A stretch of 64,000 nucleotides of DNA from Octopus sinensis (taxonomy: Eukaryota). Under the pieces are notes generated by a model. That model was not told where the DNA came from, made no database searches, and saw only the letters and a program-made list of their open reading frames with translations. The stretch is from assembly GCF_006345805.1 (NCBI RefSeq), contig NC_043013.1, positions 49,848,001 through 49,912,000 on the forward strand, written 5' to 3'. Within the stretch, counting starts at the first letter, position 1; the number at the start of each line of letters is the position of its first letter. The translations under genes and the position numbers were made by a program. Shown here piece after piece: positions 11,754 through 25,340 of this stretch.

Positions 11754-14700
11754 ATCATCATCATCGTTTAACGTCCACTTTCCATGCTAGCATGGGTTGA
11801 ACGATTTGACTGAGGACTGGCAAGCCAGATGGCTGCACCAGGCTCCAATCTGATCTGGCAATGTTTCTACAGCTGGATGCCCTTCCTAATGCCAACCACT
11901 CTGAGAGTGTAGCTGGTGCTTTTACATGCCACTGGCAACAGCCACATTCAAGTGGTGTATTTTATGTGCCACCTGCACAGGAGCCAGTCCAGCGGCACTG
12001 GCAACAACCTTACTCGAATGTTTTTCAAGTGACACCAGCACAAATGCCAGTAAGGTGACGCAGGTAACGGTCACGTTTGAATGGAGCTTTTTACATGCCA
12101 CCGGCATGGAAGCTAGTCAGCTGCTCTGGCAGCAATCATGCACGGATGGTGCTCTTAGCACTCCAATGGCACAGGTGCCAGTCATCAAATTTGCAAATTT
12201 GATTTGATTTCGATTTCACTTGCCTCAACAGGTCTTCGCAAGCAGAGTTTAGTGTCCAATGAAAGAAAGGTCTGAATAAGTGGGCTGGTTAAAACCCTGG
12301 CATAGGCCACAGGTTATGGTATCACTTGGCTTGCTGAGTCTTCTCCCGCACTGCATATTTCCAAAGGTCTTAGTCATTAGTCATTGCCTCAGTGAGGCCT
12401 AATGATTGAAGGTCATGCCTCACCACCTCATCCCAGGTCTTCCTGGGTCTGCCTCTTACACAGGTTCCCTCAACTCTTTTTCACACAGCTATTCCCATCC
12501 ATTCTCACCACATGACCACACCAGTGCAGTCATCTCTCTTGCGCACCATATCTAATGCTTCTTAGGTTCAACTTTTCTCTCAAGGTACTTACACTCTGTC
12601 AAGTATGCACACTGACATTACACATCCAGCGGAGCATACTGGCTTCATTCATTGCGAGCTTATGCATGTCCTCAGCAGTCACGGCCCATGTTTCACTGCC
12701 ATGTAGCATCGCTGTTTGTACACATGCGTCATACAGTCTACCTTTTACTCTAAGCGAGAGGCTCTTTGTCACCAGCAGAGGTAAGAGCTCTCTGAACTTT
12801 GCCCAATGTAATTCTTATTCTAGTAGCTACACTTTCAGTGCACCCTCCCCTGCTACTGACTTGGTCACCTAGGTAACAGAAGCTATCAACTATTTCTAGT
12901 TTTTCTCCCTGGAATGTGGCGGAAGTTGTTCTCTGCACATTTTCAGTGTTTATTGCTCCTGAAAATCTGCCACATACAAAAACTATCTTCCTAGTTAGCC
13001 TTCCTTTGACATTGCTGTACCTCTTATGTGTACATAGCTTGCACTGTGTATAACTTATAGAGTTTCTACCTATTTCTTTTCTACAGATCGAGCAGGGCCA
13101 TCTATCAGAAGGGATTTGTGGTTTGTTTGCCTTCCTACTAATTAAAACTTTGGTTTTTGCTAGGTTGACTCTAAGGCCCTTCGATTCTAATCCTTGCTTC
13201 CACACCTGAAACTTCTCTAGTTCTGATAGTGATTCAGCAATTAGAACAAGGTCGTCAGCATAGAGGAGCTCCCAGGGGCATCCAGTCTTGAATTCCTCTG
13301 TTATTGCCAGGAGAACTATGATAAATAGGAGGCTGAGGACTGAACCTTGGTGGACCCCTACCTCTACCTAGAATTCTTCACTGTACTCGTTGCCAACCCT
13401 CACCTTACTGACAGCGTCCCTGTACATGACTTTCACAGTTCTCACTAACCATTCATCTATCCCTAGTTTCCTCATTGACCACCATATAAGGGATCAGGGG
13501 ACTCTGTCAAGGCTTTCTCCATGTCAACGAAAGCCAGATACAGAGGTTTATCTTTGGCTAGGTATTTCTCGTGCAGCTGTCTTGCTAGAAATATAGTATC
13601 AGTGATGCTTTTCCCTGGCACCAACCCAAACTGCATCTAATCTAAGCTAACTCTATCCCTAATTAGTTGAGCTATGACCCTCTCCATGACCTTCATTACC
13701 TGATCCAACAACTTGACACCTCTGTAATTATTTGTATCTAAAGCGTCGCCTTTACCTTTGTAGCAGTTGACTATTATGCTGCTACACCAGTCATTGGGAA
13801 TGACTCCTTCGTGTATACCCTGGTTAACTGTACAGGTGACTAGGCTATAGCCGATACTGCCAGATATTTTGAGCATCTCTGCAGTGATTCCTGATGGGCT
13901 TTCCCTGTCTTCATACTTCTAATTGCTTTATCTACCAAGGAACTATCAACTCGGATAGCTGGTCCCTCTGTTGGGTCGACATTTGGCAGACTCTCTTTCA
14001 TTTTCTTTATTGAGCAACCTTTCATAGTAGCGTCTCCAAACCTCTCTCTTTGCAGCCTCATTTAGTGCAAGTGAACCATCATCCATTCAGACACATTTCT
14101 CTCCTACAACATCATGTCTTGCAACATGAAATACCTCAAGTCTTTGGTCCTCACGGCACAGAACATTGGCAAATTTTTTTTATTATCTGCTCCCCCTCTG
14201 GCTAAATAAACCTGCCTCCTAGCTTCCCTTCTTGCAGTCTGATACAATTCCCTGCTACTACTGTTCTTCCAAGTCTGTTTCTTTCCTCTAATAGCCCTGT
14301 CAACCACAGTGTTCCACCACCACGTTATTTTGGGTCAAGCGGGGACTTTGCACCATCCACAGATCTGGTCAGTGGCCCTCAGCAGGTTGTCCTGTAGAAA
14401 CCTCCACTTGTTTCCTACATTGTGTGAAGCTATATCCCTTTCTATTTCATCAAAGGCTTCAAGCAATATGTCTCTAAATCTCTGTCCATTCACAGGATCT
14501 TTAAGCTTCCAGACCCTTCTCCTCCATACTGGTCGTCTTCTGGGCATCCACTTAGCCCTGATTCTGAAGTCACTAACTACCAGTCTATGTTGTGGGGTAC
14601 ATTCTTCGCCTGGGAAGGTTTTGGCATTTATAAGTAGCCACCTTTCCTTTTTCTGGTGAGGATGTAGTCAATTTGACTAGTGTGTCTGACAGAACAGTAG

Positions 14701-14806
14701 GTGACTAGGTGACTGGCAGGTTTCCTGAAGTTAGTATTGCAAACCATAAGATCATTTGCATCTCAGAATTCCAGCAGCCTGGTTCCCTCCTCACTGCAGG
14801 AACCAA
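11754..14806 (-). mobile_element. RTE-clade LINE, 5'-truncated (end of APE endonuclease, RT, 3' UTR, (GAT)n tail), decayed
   Basis: Fragments TNFRKPASHLVTY, VIPNDWCSSIIVNCYKGKGDALD, GLESKGLRVNLAKTKVL; multiple stops and frameshifts. Confidence 0.92.
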
Positions 14807-15520
14807 ATCATCATCATCATCATTGAAATTCACTGCATACGAAGTGAGTAGACTTATCTTTTGATGCTTTAATCATAAGATTAATACTAGCAATATTCCA
14901 CCAGATACAGCCATAGTGTATGAGGAACTCATGCTGGTTAATATGAGTGGTATGCCACCAGTTATAGTCATAGTATAGGATGAACTAACAGTGGTTGGTA
15001 CTATACATACTCTATGAGATAAAACTTGATGAAGTGTGGGCTTTGGCAATGTTTCCTGAATGATAAATCATTAGGGAATTTTAAAGGTCAGTGTTAACAT
15101 GAAATAGATGAGAGAGATTCTTAAATAGAATGTCGGTCTATTTCAGGGAATATTCCCGGAGGATTTACAGATTATTCATAATAGCTAGATAAACTGAGAT
15201 AATGAAGAATAAAGTGTACTTTTTAAAAATTCAATAAAATATGTGATTTATTTGAACATAAGACCTTTGAATCTCTTAGTTGGTAGTTCAATATAATATC
15301 CATTTAAGTCATTTTTAGTTTAACTATGGATACATAGTTGAAGCATTTACAGATTATAGCATTTAATATAATCAATAATTAATATTTTATGAATCCTTCT
15401 TACTTTATTGAATTGTGTTGTATTAACTCATTGTCTTATGTTCTTTCAAAGTATAATGGTAGTTTAGTATCACTATAGCTTCTACAGGTAGAATTGTAAT
15501 CAAAACACCAAACTCTAGAT

Positions 15521-15721
15521 CAGTGGTTTTCAACCAGGGTTCCGCCAGAACAGTCCAGGGGTTCCGCAAGAAGTTACAAAACTGCTAAAACCGGGAGTAA
15601 TTTTTAATTCTCCTGTGCAGATATGTGTGCATAAGACTATTAAATTATTGCACAGGGGTTCCTCGAGCCAGTGGAATGTTTCCTTGGGGTTCCGCTCCAG
15701 CAAAAAGTTTGAAAAGCACTG
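15521..15721 (+). mobile_element. hAT (Charlie-like) MITE, 201 bp
   Basis: TIRs cagtggttttcaa / ttgaaaagcactg; 8-bp TSD ctctagat. Confidence 0.9.
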
Positions 15722-15789
15722 CTCTAGATAGTTCAGATCAACTTAATAGAATGAAAGTATAATGAACAACCGAAGAACACTGAGTAAGT

Positions 15790-16720
15790 GTCTGCTTTGA
15801 AATTTTTCTATGGCACTAAAGAAGATAACATAAGGCTGCAATCGTACATCAACATAACTTCCTGCCAACCATCTATAATGATTAAAAACCCTATAATGGG
15901 TATCAGTAGGAAGATCTTCAACTTATTCTGCAGTAAAGATGTCTTTGATGCAGTGACCCCCAATTCTAATGAGGCTAGCCTAAATGCCCACAAGAGAAAA
16001 TATCACCACTAAGTCATCCGGTTGTACTCCTTATTAAATGTATTAACCTGTGTAGGCAGGGATGTTTAAGCATTTAATGTATGTTCAGATACAGAAAATT
16101 TTTCAATAGGCATAATTTAAGAGGCTTGTTTTGCTGCAGACCTGATATCAAAACAATTGTATCTGATACTCTTAACTACAGTAGCTTATTTAATATTCTT
16201 AACTACAACATGTAGTGTTTACAGTAAGTTCCCAGTAAACAGTCAACATAATACAGAAGACGGGGTCTATGAAGCAGAAGTAGCATTTAACTAATACCAA
16301 CCAGATGATGCATATACAGAAAGATACTGGAGTAACAGAGACCACCTTTAAGGCAAGGTTAAATAATCATAGATGCTCTTTTAGTATCAATGATAAGCAT
16401 TTCACAACTTTAATCAACTATTTATGGTGATTAAAGGATACAACATCATATAACATTAATTGGAGGTTATGGGAATGATCTAGGACATATCTTAATGGAA
16501 GTAGGAGATGCAAACTCTGCTTGGCAAAGAAAAGAATCATTCTAAAGAATTCATGCAATCTCAGAGCTTTCCTGAAACTGAAAAGCAAATTTTTTTGGAC
16601 ACTGCCCTCATAAATGCAAGTTTGTTTTGGCAATGTGGCCGAGTGACTTTTTGAGCTAGAGGCTAATATACACACAACCTAGACACTTCAACCATGGCTA
16701 ACACCGATCCATGAAGAACA
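15790..16720 (+). mobile_element. Penelope-like relic (RT thumb + C-terminal GIY-YIG), possibly Nematis-like
   Basis: YINITSCQPSIMIKN..., TGVTETTFKARLNNHRCSF, YLNGSRRCKLCL; many stops. Confidence 0.7.
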
Positions 16721-17144
16721 ACTTTCTTTTTCTTCTAAATATTTTTCCCAAAAGTTTGTTTCACCTATTTGCTGCCACTAAACCTCTAGTGCCAAAGAAA
16801 CTATGTTGTTCTGACCAGCATGTCTGAAGAGTATTGTCTAGTAGTAATATTCAGCATGAAACTCATGATTAGTAATATACCTTGACCAGTATTATATTGT
16901 TTGACAATATGAAAGTATACGCACACTTTAATCTAAATTTTTTTCATTAATCAAGACTTTATTTTGTTTTTTACCTTATCTTTTTAATGTTTGTGATGGT
17001 CTATTTTTACTTTATTTTTGTGTTGCTTCTTCTTATGCTCTATGGTTTGACTCAGCTTATTATCTTATTATTTTACTTCTTGGTTGAAGCATGGTTTGTT
17101 TGTTATATATGAGGCAAATAGCACAATGGGTTTCTTATATCAGT

Positions 17145-17367
17145 GCTGGCAGAAACGTTAGCGCGCCGGGAGAAATGCTTAGCGGTATTTCGTCTGTCGT
17201 TACGTTCTGAGTTCAAATTCCGCCGAGGTCAACTTTGCCTTTCATCCTTTCGGGGTCGATAAATAAAGTACCAGTTTCGCACTGGGGTCGATATAATCGA
17301 CTCAATCCCTTCGTCTGTCCTTGTTTGTCCTCTCTATGTTTAGCCCCTTGTGGGCAGTAAAGAAATA
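17145..17367 (+). mobile_element. Family C SINE
   Basis: 13-bp TSD tatatcagtgctg (17136-17148, 17368-17380). Confidence 0.85.
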
Positions 17368-17904
17368 TATATCAGTGCTGTCGTCTGATGAAATATGTCG
17401 TTAATTGATTTCAATAATTATTGAAACATACTTAATGAAGTCTTGGAAATATCAATAACTTATTTTCTACTTTTTGTTCTGACTAACTAAGTAACTCTAT
17501 ATACATGGTGTTAGGAAGGGCATCCAGCTATAAAAATCGTGCCAAAACAGACCCAAATGTTTGGTGTAGTCTTTTGCCTAGTCAGCTCCCGTCAAACTGG
17601 ACATTAAATTATGACGATGATGATGCCACATGGCAGTGAAACATGGACTTTGACTACAAAGAACTTGTGAAGGTTTGTAAGGAATGAAGCTAGCATAGAG
17701 GAGCTCCCAGGGGCATCCTGTCTTGAATTCCTCTGTTATTGCCTGGAGGACTATGATAAATAGTCCTTGGTGGACCCCTACCTCTACCCAGAATTTTGAT
17801 TTTTTCTAATTGAGTTCATTTTTTAGTACTAACAACATGAAATAATGCTGAATATGTAACTAAAATAGGATAATAGTCAAAGTCTTCTTGAAAAAATAGT
17901 CTTA

Positions 17905-18510
17905 AAAAATTTATGGATGAGTAATGTGTGCATGCAGGACAGAACATAAATGACTTAAAAGGAAAACTGGGTAAAAGAGGCCTCAGATGCTGTGTGTAAA
18001 AGAGGAGACTGGGCTGGTTTGGTCATGTGATGTATATGGATGAGGACAGGTGCGTAAGGAAATGTTGAACTCTAATTGTGGAGGGTACCTGTGGAAGGGG
18101 TAGACAAAGAAAGATGTAGGATGAAGTGGTGAGAAAGGATGTTCGGATGCTGGGCCTCACTGGGGAAATGACAAGGGACTGAGAGATGTGGCGATTTGCT
18201 GTCCTTGATAAGATGCATTAAGCTAAGTAAAATCACTGTCTTCCACACACACAGGCTTGTTCTTCAGGTGCCAGTGCCACTTAAAAAGCACCCTGCGCTG
18301 GTGCTGCATTAATGCACCTGTGCCAGTGGCATGTAAAAAGCACTCAGCACATTCTGTTAAGTGGTTGGAGTTAGGAAAGGCATCCAGCCATAGAAACCAT
18401 GCCACAACAAACAGTTGAAGTCTGGGACAGCTCCCTGCTAGCCAGCACCATGTCAAACCATCCAACCCATGCCAGCATGGAAAGAGGACATTAAATGATG
18501 ATGATGATAT
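17905..18510 (+). mobile_element. RTE LINE 3' portion (older copy)
   Basis: LGWFGHV and GTCGRGR-like C-terminus, UTR with ggcatccagcc motif, (GAT)n tail. Confidence 0.8.
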
Positions 18511-18512
18511 TA

Positions 18513-18720
18513 TACTCTCTCTCTTTTACTTGTTTCAGTCATTTGACTGCGGCCATGCTGGAGCACCACCTTTAGTCGAGCAATCGACCCCGGGACTTAT
18601 TCTTTGTAAGCCCAGTACTTATTCTATCAGTCTCTTTTGCCGAACCGCTAAGTGATGGGGATGTAAACACACCAGCATCGGTTGTCAAGCAATGCTAGGG
18701 GGACAAACACAGACACACAA

Positions 18721-18753
<33 letters not shown>

Positions 18754-18924
18754 CACATATACGACAGGCTTCTTTCAGTTTCCGTCTACCAGATTCACTC
18801 ACAAAGCATTGGTCGGCCCGGGGCTATAGCAGAAGACACTTGCCCAAGATGCCACGCAGTGGGACTGAACCCAGAACCATGTGGTTGGTTAGCAAGCTAC
18901 TTACCACACAGCCACTCCTGCGCC
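18513..18924 (-). mobile_element. Family B SINE
   Basis: Full-length reverse-complement copy. Confidence 0.85.
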
Positions 18925-19504
18925 ATGATGATGTTATATATAAAATTTATTATTTTATAATTTAATTTTATACTTTCTAAATTTAACATATTTAATTCAT
19001 TGTTAGTAAATGAAAATTTAACGAATAAAATATTGCAATATAATTATGGAAATGGATTAGCAATTTTGTTGGGTGTTTAAAATTTTTCTAACAGGTTATT
19101 CATTGGCCGCGGATGAAGTAAAACATATTAGCAATATTCCTGGCTAAACTGACTGCTTATGGGCTTTATCCCTCTTTCATCATTTCGACCAGAGGCTTCT
19201 AGTCAGATCATATCATTGTATCATGTGCTGATAGATCTTTCTCTGTCTAATACCCTGTCACTTCTGAAGAACTTCAAAGTATATTTTTGCCTCTCATATT
19301 CTTCCTTCTATATCAATAGCTTACTTACTATCATTTCCCACAATGGCTACTATTCTGAAGACGATGCCAATTGTCATTCCTTCCTAACCTTCTGCACCCA
19401 AGCATCATCCACATGCAATGCAGACACCCCACACCAAATATACATTGAGACCATTAAAGCAATTCCTCAATGTAAAGAAGGCCATTGTGTATGTGTGTAT
19501 CTCT

Positions 19505-20008
19505 CTCTCTCTCTCTATCATCATCATCATCATCATCATCGTTTAACGTCCGTTCTCCATGCTAGCATGGGTTGGACGGTTCAACTGGGTCTGGGAAGCC
19601 AGAAGGCTGCACCAGGCCCAGTCAAATCTGGCAGTGTTTCTACGGCTGGATGCCCTTCCTAACGCCAACCACTTCGTGAGTGTAGTGGGTGCTTTTTACG
19701 TGCCACCGGCACAGGTGCCAGTTGAGGCTGGCAAACAGCCATGATTGGATGGTGCTTTTTACGTGCCACCGGCACAGAGGCCAGACGAGGCTGGCAACGG
19801 CCACGATCGGATGGTGTTTTTTACGTGCCACCAGCACGGAGGCCAGACAAGGCTGGCAACGGCCACTATCAGATGATGCTTTTTACATGCCACCAGCACG
19901 GAGGCCAGTCAAGGCAGCACTGGCTACGGCCACGTTCAGATGGTTCTCTTACATGCCACCAGCACTGGTATCACAGCTACAAATTCCATTGATGTTGATC
20001 GATTTCGA
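19505..20008 (-). mobile_element. RTE 3' UTR-only insertion with about 4-5 internal repeat units
   Basis: (CAT)n end, ggatgcccttcctaacgccaacc motif, units ggtgctttttacgtgccaccggcac. Confidence 0.85.
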
Positions 20009-20561
20009 TATATATATATATATATATACATCTAATATACAATAAAATTTTTTGAAAAAAATTCTGTCTATGGCCAGTATATTAAAAAATACCTTTAAAG
20101 GTTAAATTTATAAACAACTTATAAAGAAGGGCAAAAGAAAAAAATTAGAATTTTTTCTTTTGCCCTTGTTTATAAGTTGTATATATATATTTCTATATAC
20201 ATACATGTGTGTGTGTGTGTGAGTGTGTTTGCATCTGTGTTTATCCCCATATCTTCACAGTGTAGCAAAAGAGACTGATAGACTAAGTATCAAGCTTTTA
20301 AAAAAATCTTTTGGGGTCAATTCATTCAAGTAGAAATTCTTCAATGCAGTGTTCCACTCAGTCTAAGGATTGAAACAAAAAGATAATGAGAACCACAGAC
20401 GCGCTTTCTCTTCACAGTTCAGCAGCACAAAGACATATCAAGAAAACAATATCATACTCTCACCAAACATGAACAATATGTAAGTAGAACCCTCAGGGCT
20501 GTAACAAATTCCAGGCAACAGATCACCAAGTTTCAATCCTGATGGTCACTCATCTTCAACA

Positions 20562-20964
20562 GGCGCAGGAGTGGCTGTGTGGTAAGTAGCTTGCTAACCA
20601 ACCACATGGTTTCGGGTTCAGTCCCACTGTGTGGCATCTTGGGCAAGTGTCTTCTGCTATAGCCCCGGGCCAACCAATGCCTTGTGAGTGGATTTGGTAG
20701 ACGGAAACTGAAAGAAGCCTGTCGTATATATGTATATATATATGTGTATGTGTGTGTGTTTGTCCTCCTAGTATTGCTTGACAACCGATGCTGGTGTGTT
20801 TACGTCCCCGTCACTTAGCGGTTCAGCAAAAGAGACCGATAGAATAAGTACTGGGCTTACAAAGAATAAGTCCCAGGGTTGATTTGCTCGACTAAAGGCG
20901 GTGCTCCAGCATGGCCACAGTCAAATGACTGAAACAGGTAGAAGAGTAAAAGAGGGTAAAGAGT
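20562..20964 (+). mobile_element. Family B SINE
   Basis: Full-length copy. Confidence 0.85.
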
Positions 20965-22399
20965 ATAGCAAAGACTGAATTTCCCCTTCTAGGCTAGAAA
21001 ACATTCAGTTCACAACTATGAGCCCTTTCTGAAGCTCATGTGAAACTGATGATAGAGTCATTCTCTCAAAAATTTGGGTTGGTGCTACTGAATATATAGA
21101 CACAGTCATCACACACACACAAGAAAAAACCATCCAACTTGTTTGTCAAAACACCCCAACTTTGAACCACAGACGCGCTTTCTCTTCACAGTACCTTTTC
21201 ATCAACTACTCCAGTGGAGTTTACTCCTTGGAGTTGGCTGGTCTCATGCCAGCTCCACTCAGGCGCTCACTTGTCTCCCCCTCCCCTCTTCACTCATATT
21301 GCATTCAGTCAAGACTTGCATAATCCTTCCCTTCCAGAATGTTGGCCCTTGGAAATTCACTCCCTATCCATGTTTTTTCTCAATGATGTTGATTGGCAGC
21401 TGTTCGAGAGGATTATTAACTACTGGACTCAGAGGCATGCGAAGGACATGGGTGAAGCCCTTTCTCCAGACCAAACCCTTGAAAAAATATTGCTAATGGT
21501 GAACATTATACTGTAGGGGTCAGCTCTTGGCTTTCATTGTTAATGTCCGAAAGAAAACATGTCTCTCCTTCCAAACCTCATAGCAAAAAATGTCAATAGA
21601 GCTGATTGCTTATTGAATACCTTTGATTATGAAAAGCCAAGACTTCTTTTTTATAATTGTACAAAGGGATAAATAAAATATTTATAATATGGCCAATATC
21701 TGTACAAGGTAGTAAATAGATAGAATTGGGGTTTCTTTTCTTTATATTTTAAGTTAAAATCCAGCTGAGATCGACTTGGCTTTTCATCCTTCATGAGTAA
21801 TGGATTAACTGAATTGTTAGTGTCCAAAAAATATTCTGCAATATTTTTCAACTATTTACATTCTGAGTACCAAGGTAGTTGTGGTGAGTTTATCAAGGAA
21901 GTCACTGAGGTTGTTAACTGACTTGATGATACACAAGGAAGAATCTCTTTAAGGAGATAACTTAGTTCTATTGTCTAAATATTCATGGCCTTTGTGGTTA
22001 AGGAATTTGTTTAGAAGCAAGCTTCAGGTTCGATCTTGGTGAAACGTCTTTTACATGCTCAGCTCAACCAAAGCCTTGAGTAAAATTTAGCTGACAGAAA
22101 CTGTGGACGCTTATCTAAGAAAACGTTTCTGTTTAGGGAGAAGTGGAGGGTAGACTTATTCCATTGCCAAGTCAGTTGCAAAACTTTGGGCCAAGTTGCC
22201 AATTTGTGGATAACTTCTCCCTTCTAAGGAGAAGGAAAGGACATGAAAAACGTAACTAGTATATGCCTTTCTTCCTCTAAAAAAAAGTTCCAGTGATGCA
22301 AGGCAATATCGGTGATGGGGTAGTGACAGCTAACACAGCTACTACTCTGATAAAAGTAGTGTATTATTCTTGCTCAGCTAGAAAGAGAGCTATGCACTA

Positions 22400-23550
22400 G
22401 GTAAGCATTCTGAAACGCGTTTCTCTTTTTCGTAATGTTATTTCGCTTTACGCTACTAACAGCTTTAGAAGAGCTATGAATGTCATATCATATCATTCCG
22501 CTTTTAAATCTAGATTGTTTATCTAATCAAAACGAAATTTTCCTCTAAATCTACGTTGTTTACTTAATCAAGATTAAATTTACATTATCTACTCTTGATA
22601 GTGAAAAAATAGATATAAAACATTTATTGAGATTTGGGAAGTAATGTTGAGTATTATTCTTGTTAGTATTGATTCCTTCCTTACACAGTCGTCGCACGCA
22701 AACATCATGAACCGTTTTTTTCTAGATTTATGAAATGAAATAGCTTCAGCCAAAACTGAAACTGTGTTGCGGTTTGTTTTGGCTGGGAACTGAGGCGGGA
22801 CCATGAAAACGCCTCCCTTGTAGTCGATCATATGAATGAAAAAGAAGCGATATTTTCTAGCATCACTGTGACTCGATGTAGTAACAGTGTATCAGCCATT
22901 TCTTTTCTCTGTGGCAGATTTCTGTGTAAATGTGTGCCATAAGTTTTCTAACGAAGTGCTTGGCTTCTGTGTCTGTGTCTGTGTGCGCGTGTGAGAGAGA
23001 GAGAGAGAGGGAGAAAGATAGAGAGAGAGAGGGAGAGGGTGTGTATGTGTGTGCGTGTGAGAGAGAGAGAGGGAGAGGGAGGGAGGAAGCGAGAAAGAGA
23101 GAGATGAGGGAGAGAGGGTGTGTATGTGTGTGCGTGTGCGTATGAGAGAGAGAGAGAGAGGGAGAGGGAGAAAGACACACAGAGAGAGGGAGAGGGTGTG
23201 TGCGTGTGTGCGTGCATGCAATTACAACAATTACTATGGCAGATTCATTCATTCATAATACGAGCTTTCTACTTCCCGTTGTTAGTTTCACTTCCGGTGG
23301 TCAGACCAGTTTACGGCAGTATTGCACAACATTACACTTCTTCCCTACGACATCACCAATAACAAAATCTTTGCGAACACCATAAGAACCAACCAACCAA
23401 CCTACAACTCAAAATCTTTATTTCCAAACTACAACCACCGTTTCCTCGCCTTACCTGCTTCAAGATAAGGCGCAAGCGATACCTGGATCACTTGACTTAA
23501 CTCTAAAATGTTGTAATCAAACAAAATACGTTCCTAGTAAGTCGACTTTC
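22400..23550. promoter_or_regulatory. Candidate CpG-retaining (possibly bidirectional) promoter
   Basis: Non-repeat sequence with many CpGs, ETS-like cacttccggt near 23290, donor-like sites on both strands. Confidence 0.35.
22960..23220. repeat. Compound (GT)/(GA) microsatellite
   Basis: Alternating GT and GA/GGA tracts; source of several spurious ORFs. Confidence 0.95.
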
Positions 23551-23895
23551 ATTTATTTATATAATGATGATGGTGGCAGTTTTTCAGAAGGAAGGATGAT
23601 AATTTGCAAATTGTGGTGTGATTTCGGTGGTGTTTGCCGTTTAAGAAGTGATGAATGTTGGTAATGACGACAGTAGTAGGTTCGCTCCTTTGCTGATCCT
23701 TTCTCTTCTGCCTTCCTCTTGTTTCCTTGTGTTCCTTTTTACTTCCCTCACGTCTTTTCCTTTTTTCCAATTTTCTCTACTTTTCCCCTCCTCCTCAATT
23801 TTACGTCCCTTATCTCTCTCCTCTCTTTGCTGCGCTTTAACTATAAAGCTTTCTTCACTTTACATTATTACCCTGCTTCTCATAAATGTACTTGC

Positions 23896-23928
<33 letters not shown>

Positions 23929-23968
23929 GATATGTGTGTGTGTGTATATATATATATGTGTGTGTGTG

Positions 23969-24001
<33 letters not shown>

Positions 24002-24184
24002 ATTGCATATTAATACATGTGAAGAATGTGTAAATGTTAAGAGTGTGTGTGTGTGTGTGTGTGTAATAATCATCTTTTGAAGTACTTGAAAAATCCCCCA
24101 GTAATTTTTTTCCAATTTTCTCCCTATCCGATTACATTTTAATAATACATACATACACACACGTATGTATGCATTTGTATGAGT

Positions 24185-24284
24185 NNNNNNNNNNNNNNNN
24201 NNNNNNNNNNNNNNNNNNNNNNNNNNNNNNNNNNNNNNNNNNNNNNNNNNNNNNNNNNNNNNNNNNNNNNNNNNNNNNNNNNNN
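24185..24284. other. Assembly gap (100 N)
   Basis: Run of exactly 100 N, typical of a gap of unknown size. Confidence 0.98.
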
Positions 24285-24419
24285 GTGTTCGGGCTAGATT
24301 TAGCAGATTTGACATTTTGCATAAAAGGAAAGGAAAATATCCATTGAAGAATAAATATATTTTAAGAAATCAAAAAATATCAACAATATTATAGCTGGGA
24401 GATAACAGTTTACTCTTAA

Positions 24420-24870
24420 CAGTGGCCACTTTCAGCTGTTGCTACCTTCTGAAGGTAGCTCCAAAACCTGGTGCATGTGTTCCTCATTTTGTCCCTGAGA
24501 AGATTTTCAAACATGATCTTGGCAACCAGCTCAGCTTTGGTGTTGCATGCAGAGCAATTGGTGCCTTACTCAGCTGCACTCAACACGTAATAATCCATGC
24601 GATTACTGTCAGAGGATTTGGGTTGTCAGAATCTGGAACTGAAGTCATAGAAATTCTCTGAGAACCATTTTTGACCCTTTCTGGAAGTATGGCAAACAGC
24701 TGAAATCTACTGTGCATGTGACCTTCCAGCAGCAATCCTCTCCAGCCAGGGATTGACCCCCCACATAGCTCTGAATTTAGCCTAAAGCCCTGTTCAAAGG
24801 TGTGTGGATGGATCCTAGTGTCCTGACACATTTAGAACACCTGCTATGTCTCTTGCTGTTGGCCACATTT
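24420..24870 (-). mobile_element. Tc1/mariner (maT/DD37D-like) transposase relic
   Basis: Q*ISAVCHTSRKGQKWFSENF...*QPKSSDSNRMDYYV (decayed QDSAPCH / WPPNSPDCNPMDY). Confidence 0.7.
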
Positions 24871-24934
24871 ACAATGTTCTCAGAGCATTGGGCAGCAGTC
24901 ATGATGTTGGTATTTTGATAACTAGTATAAATCA

Positions 24935-25340
24935 TCAATCGAAATCGATCAACATCAATGGGAATTGTAGCTGTGATACCAGTGCCGGTGGCACGTAAGA
25001 GAACCATCCGAACGTGGCCGTTGCCAGCACTGCCCCAATTGGCCTTCGTGCTGGTGGCATGTAAAAAGCACCATCCGATCGTGGCTGTTGCCAGCACCGC
25101 CTGGCCTCCGCGTCGGTGGCACGTAAAAAGCACCATCCGATCATGGCCGTTTGCCAGCCTCGTCTGGCACGTAAAAAGCACCCACTACACTCACGAACTG
25201 GTTGGCGTTAGGGAGGGCATCCAGCCGTAGAAACATTGCCATATCAGACTGGGCCTGGTGCAGCCTTCTGGCTTCCCAGACCCCTGTTGAACCGTCCAAC
25301 CCATGCTAGCATGGAAAGCGGATGCTAAACGATGATGATG
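24935..25340 (+). mobile_element. RTE 3' UTR-only insertion
   Basis: Same UTR family, (GAT)n tail. Confidence 0.85.

Noticed and set aside
19680-19980. Repeat-spacer pattern in RTE tails
   Set aside because: The apparent spacers are diverged homologues of each other.
21143-21516. ORFs of 100-117 aa
   Set aside because: No family motif recognised; probably an old LINE remnant, not assignable.
22589-22831. ORF MIDYKGGVFMVPP... as the first exon of a minus-strand gene
   Set aside because: No recognisable homology, and its donor is out of frame with the only candidate next exon (about 21860-21945). Kept only as part of the promoter hypothesis.
22863-24080. Overlapping ORFs rich in H/T/Y/I/C/V/L/S
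   Set aside because: Translations of dinucleotide microsatellites; the same applies at 25515-25982, 43444-43904 and 54896-55288.
23855-24394. ORFs containing X runs
   Set aside because: They are open only because they cross the N gap.
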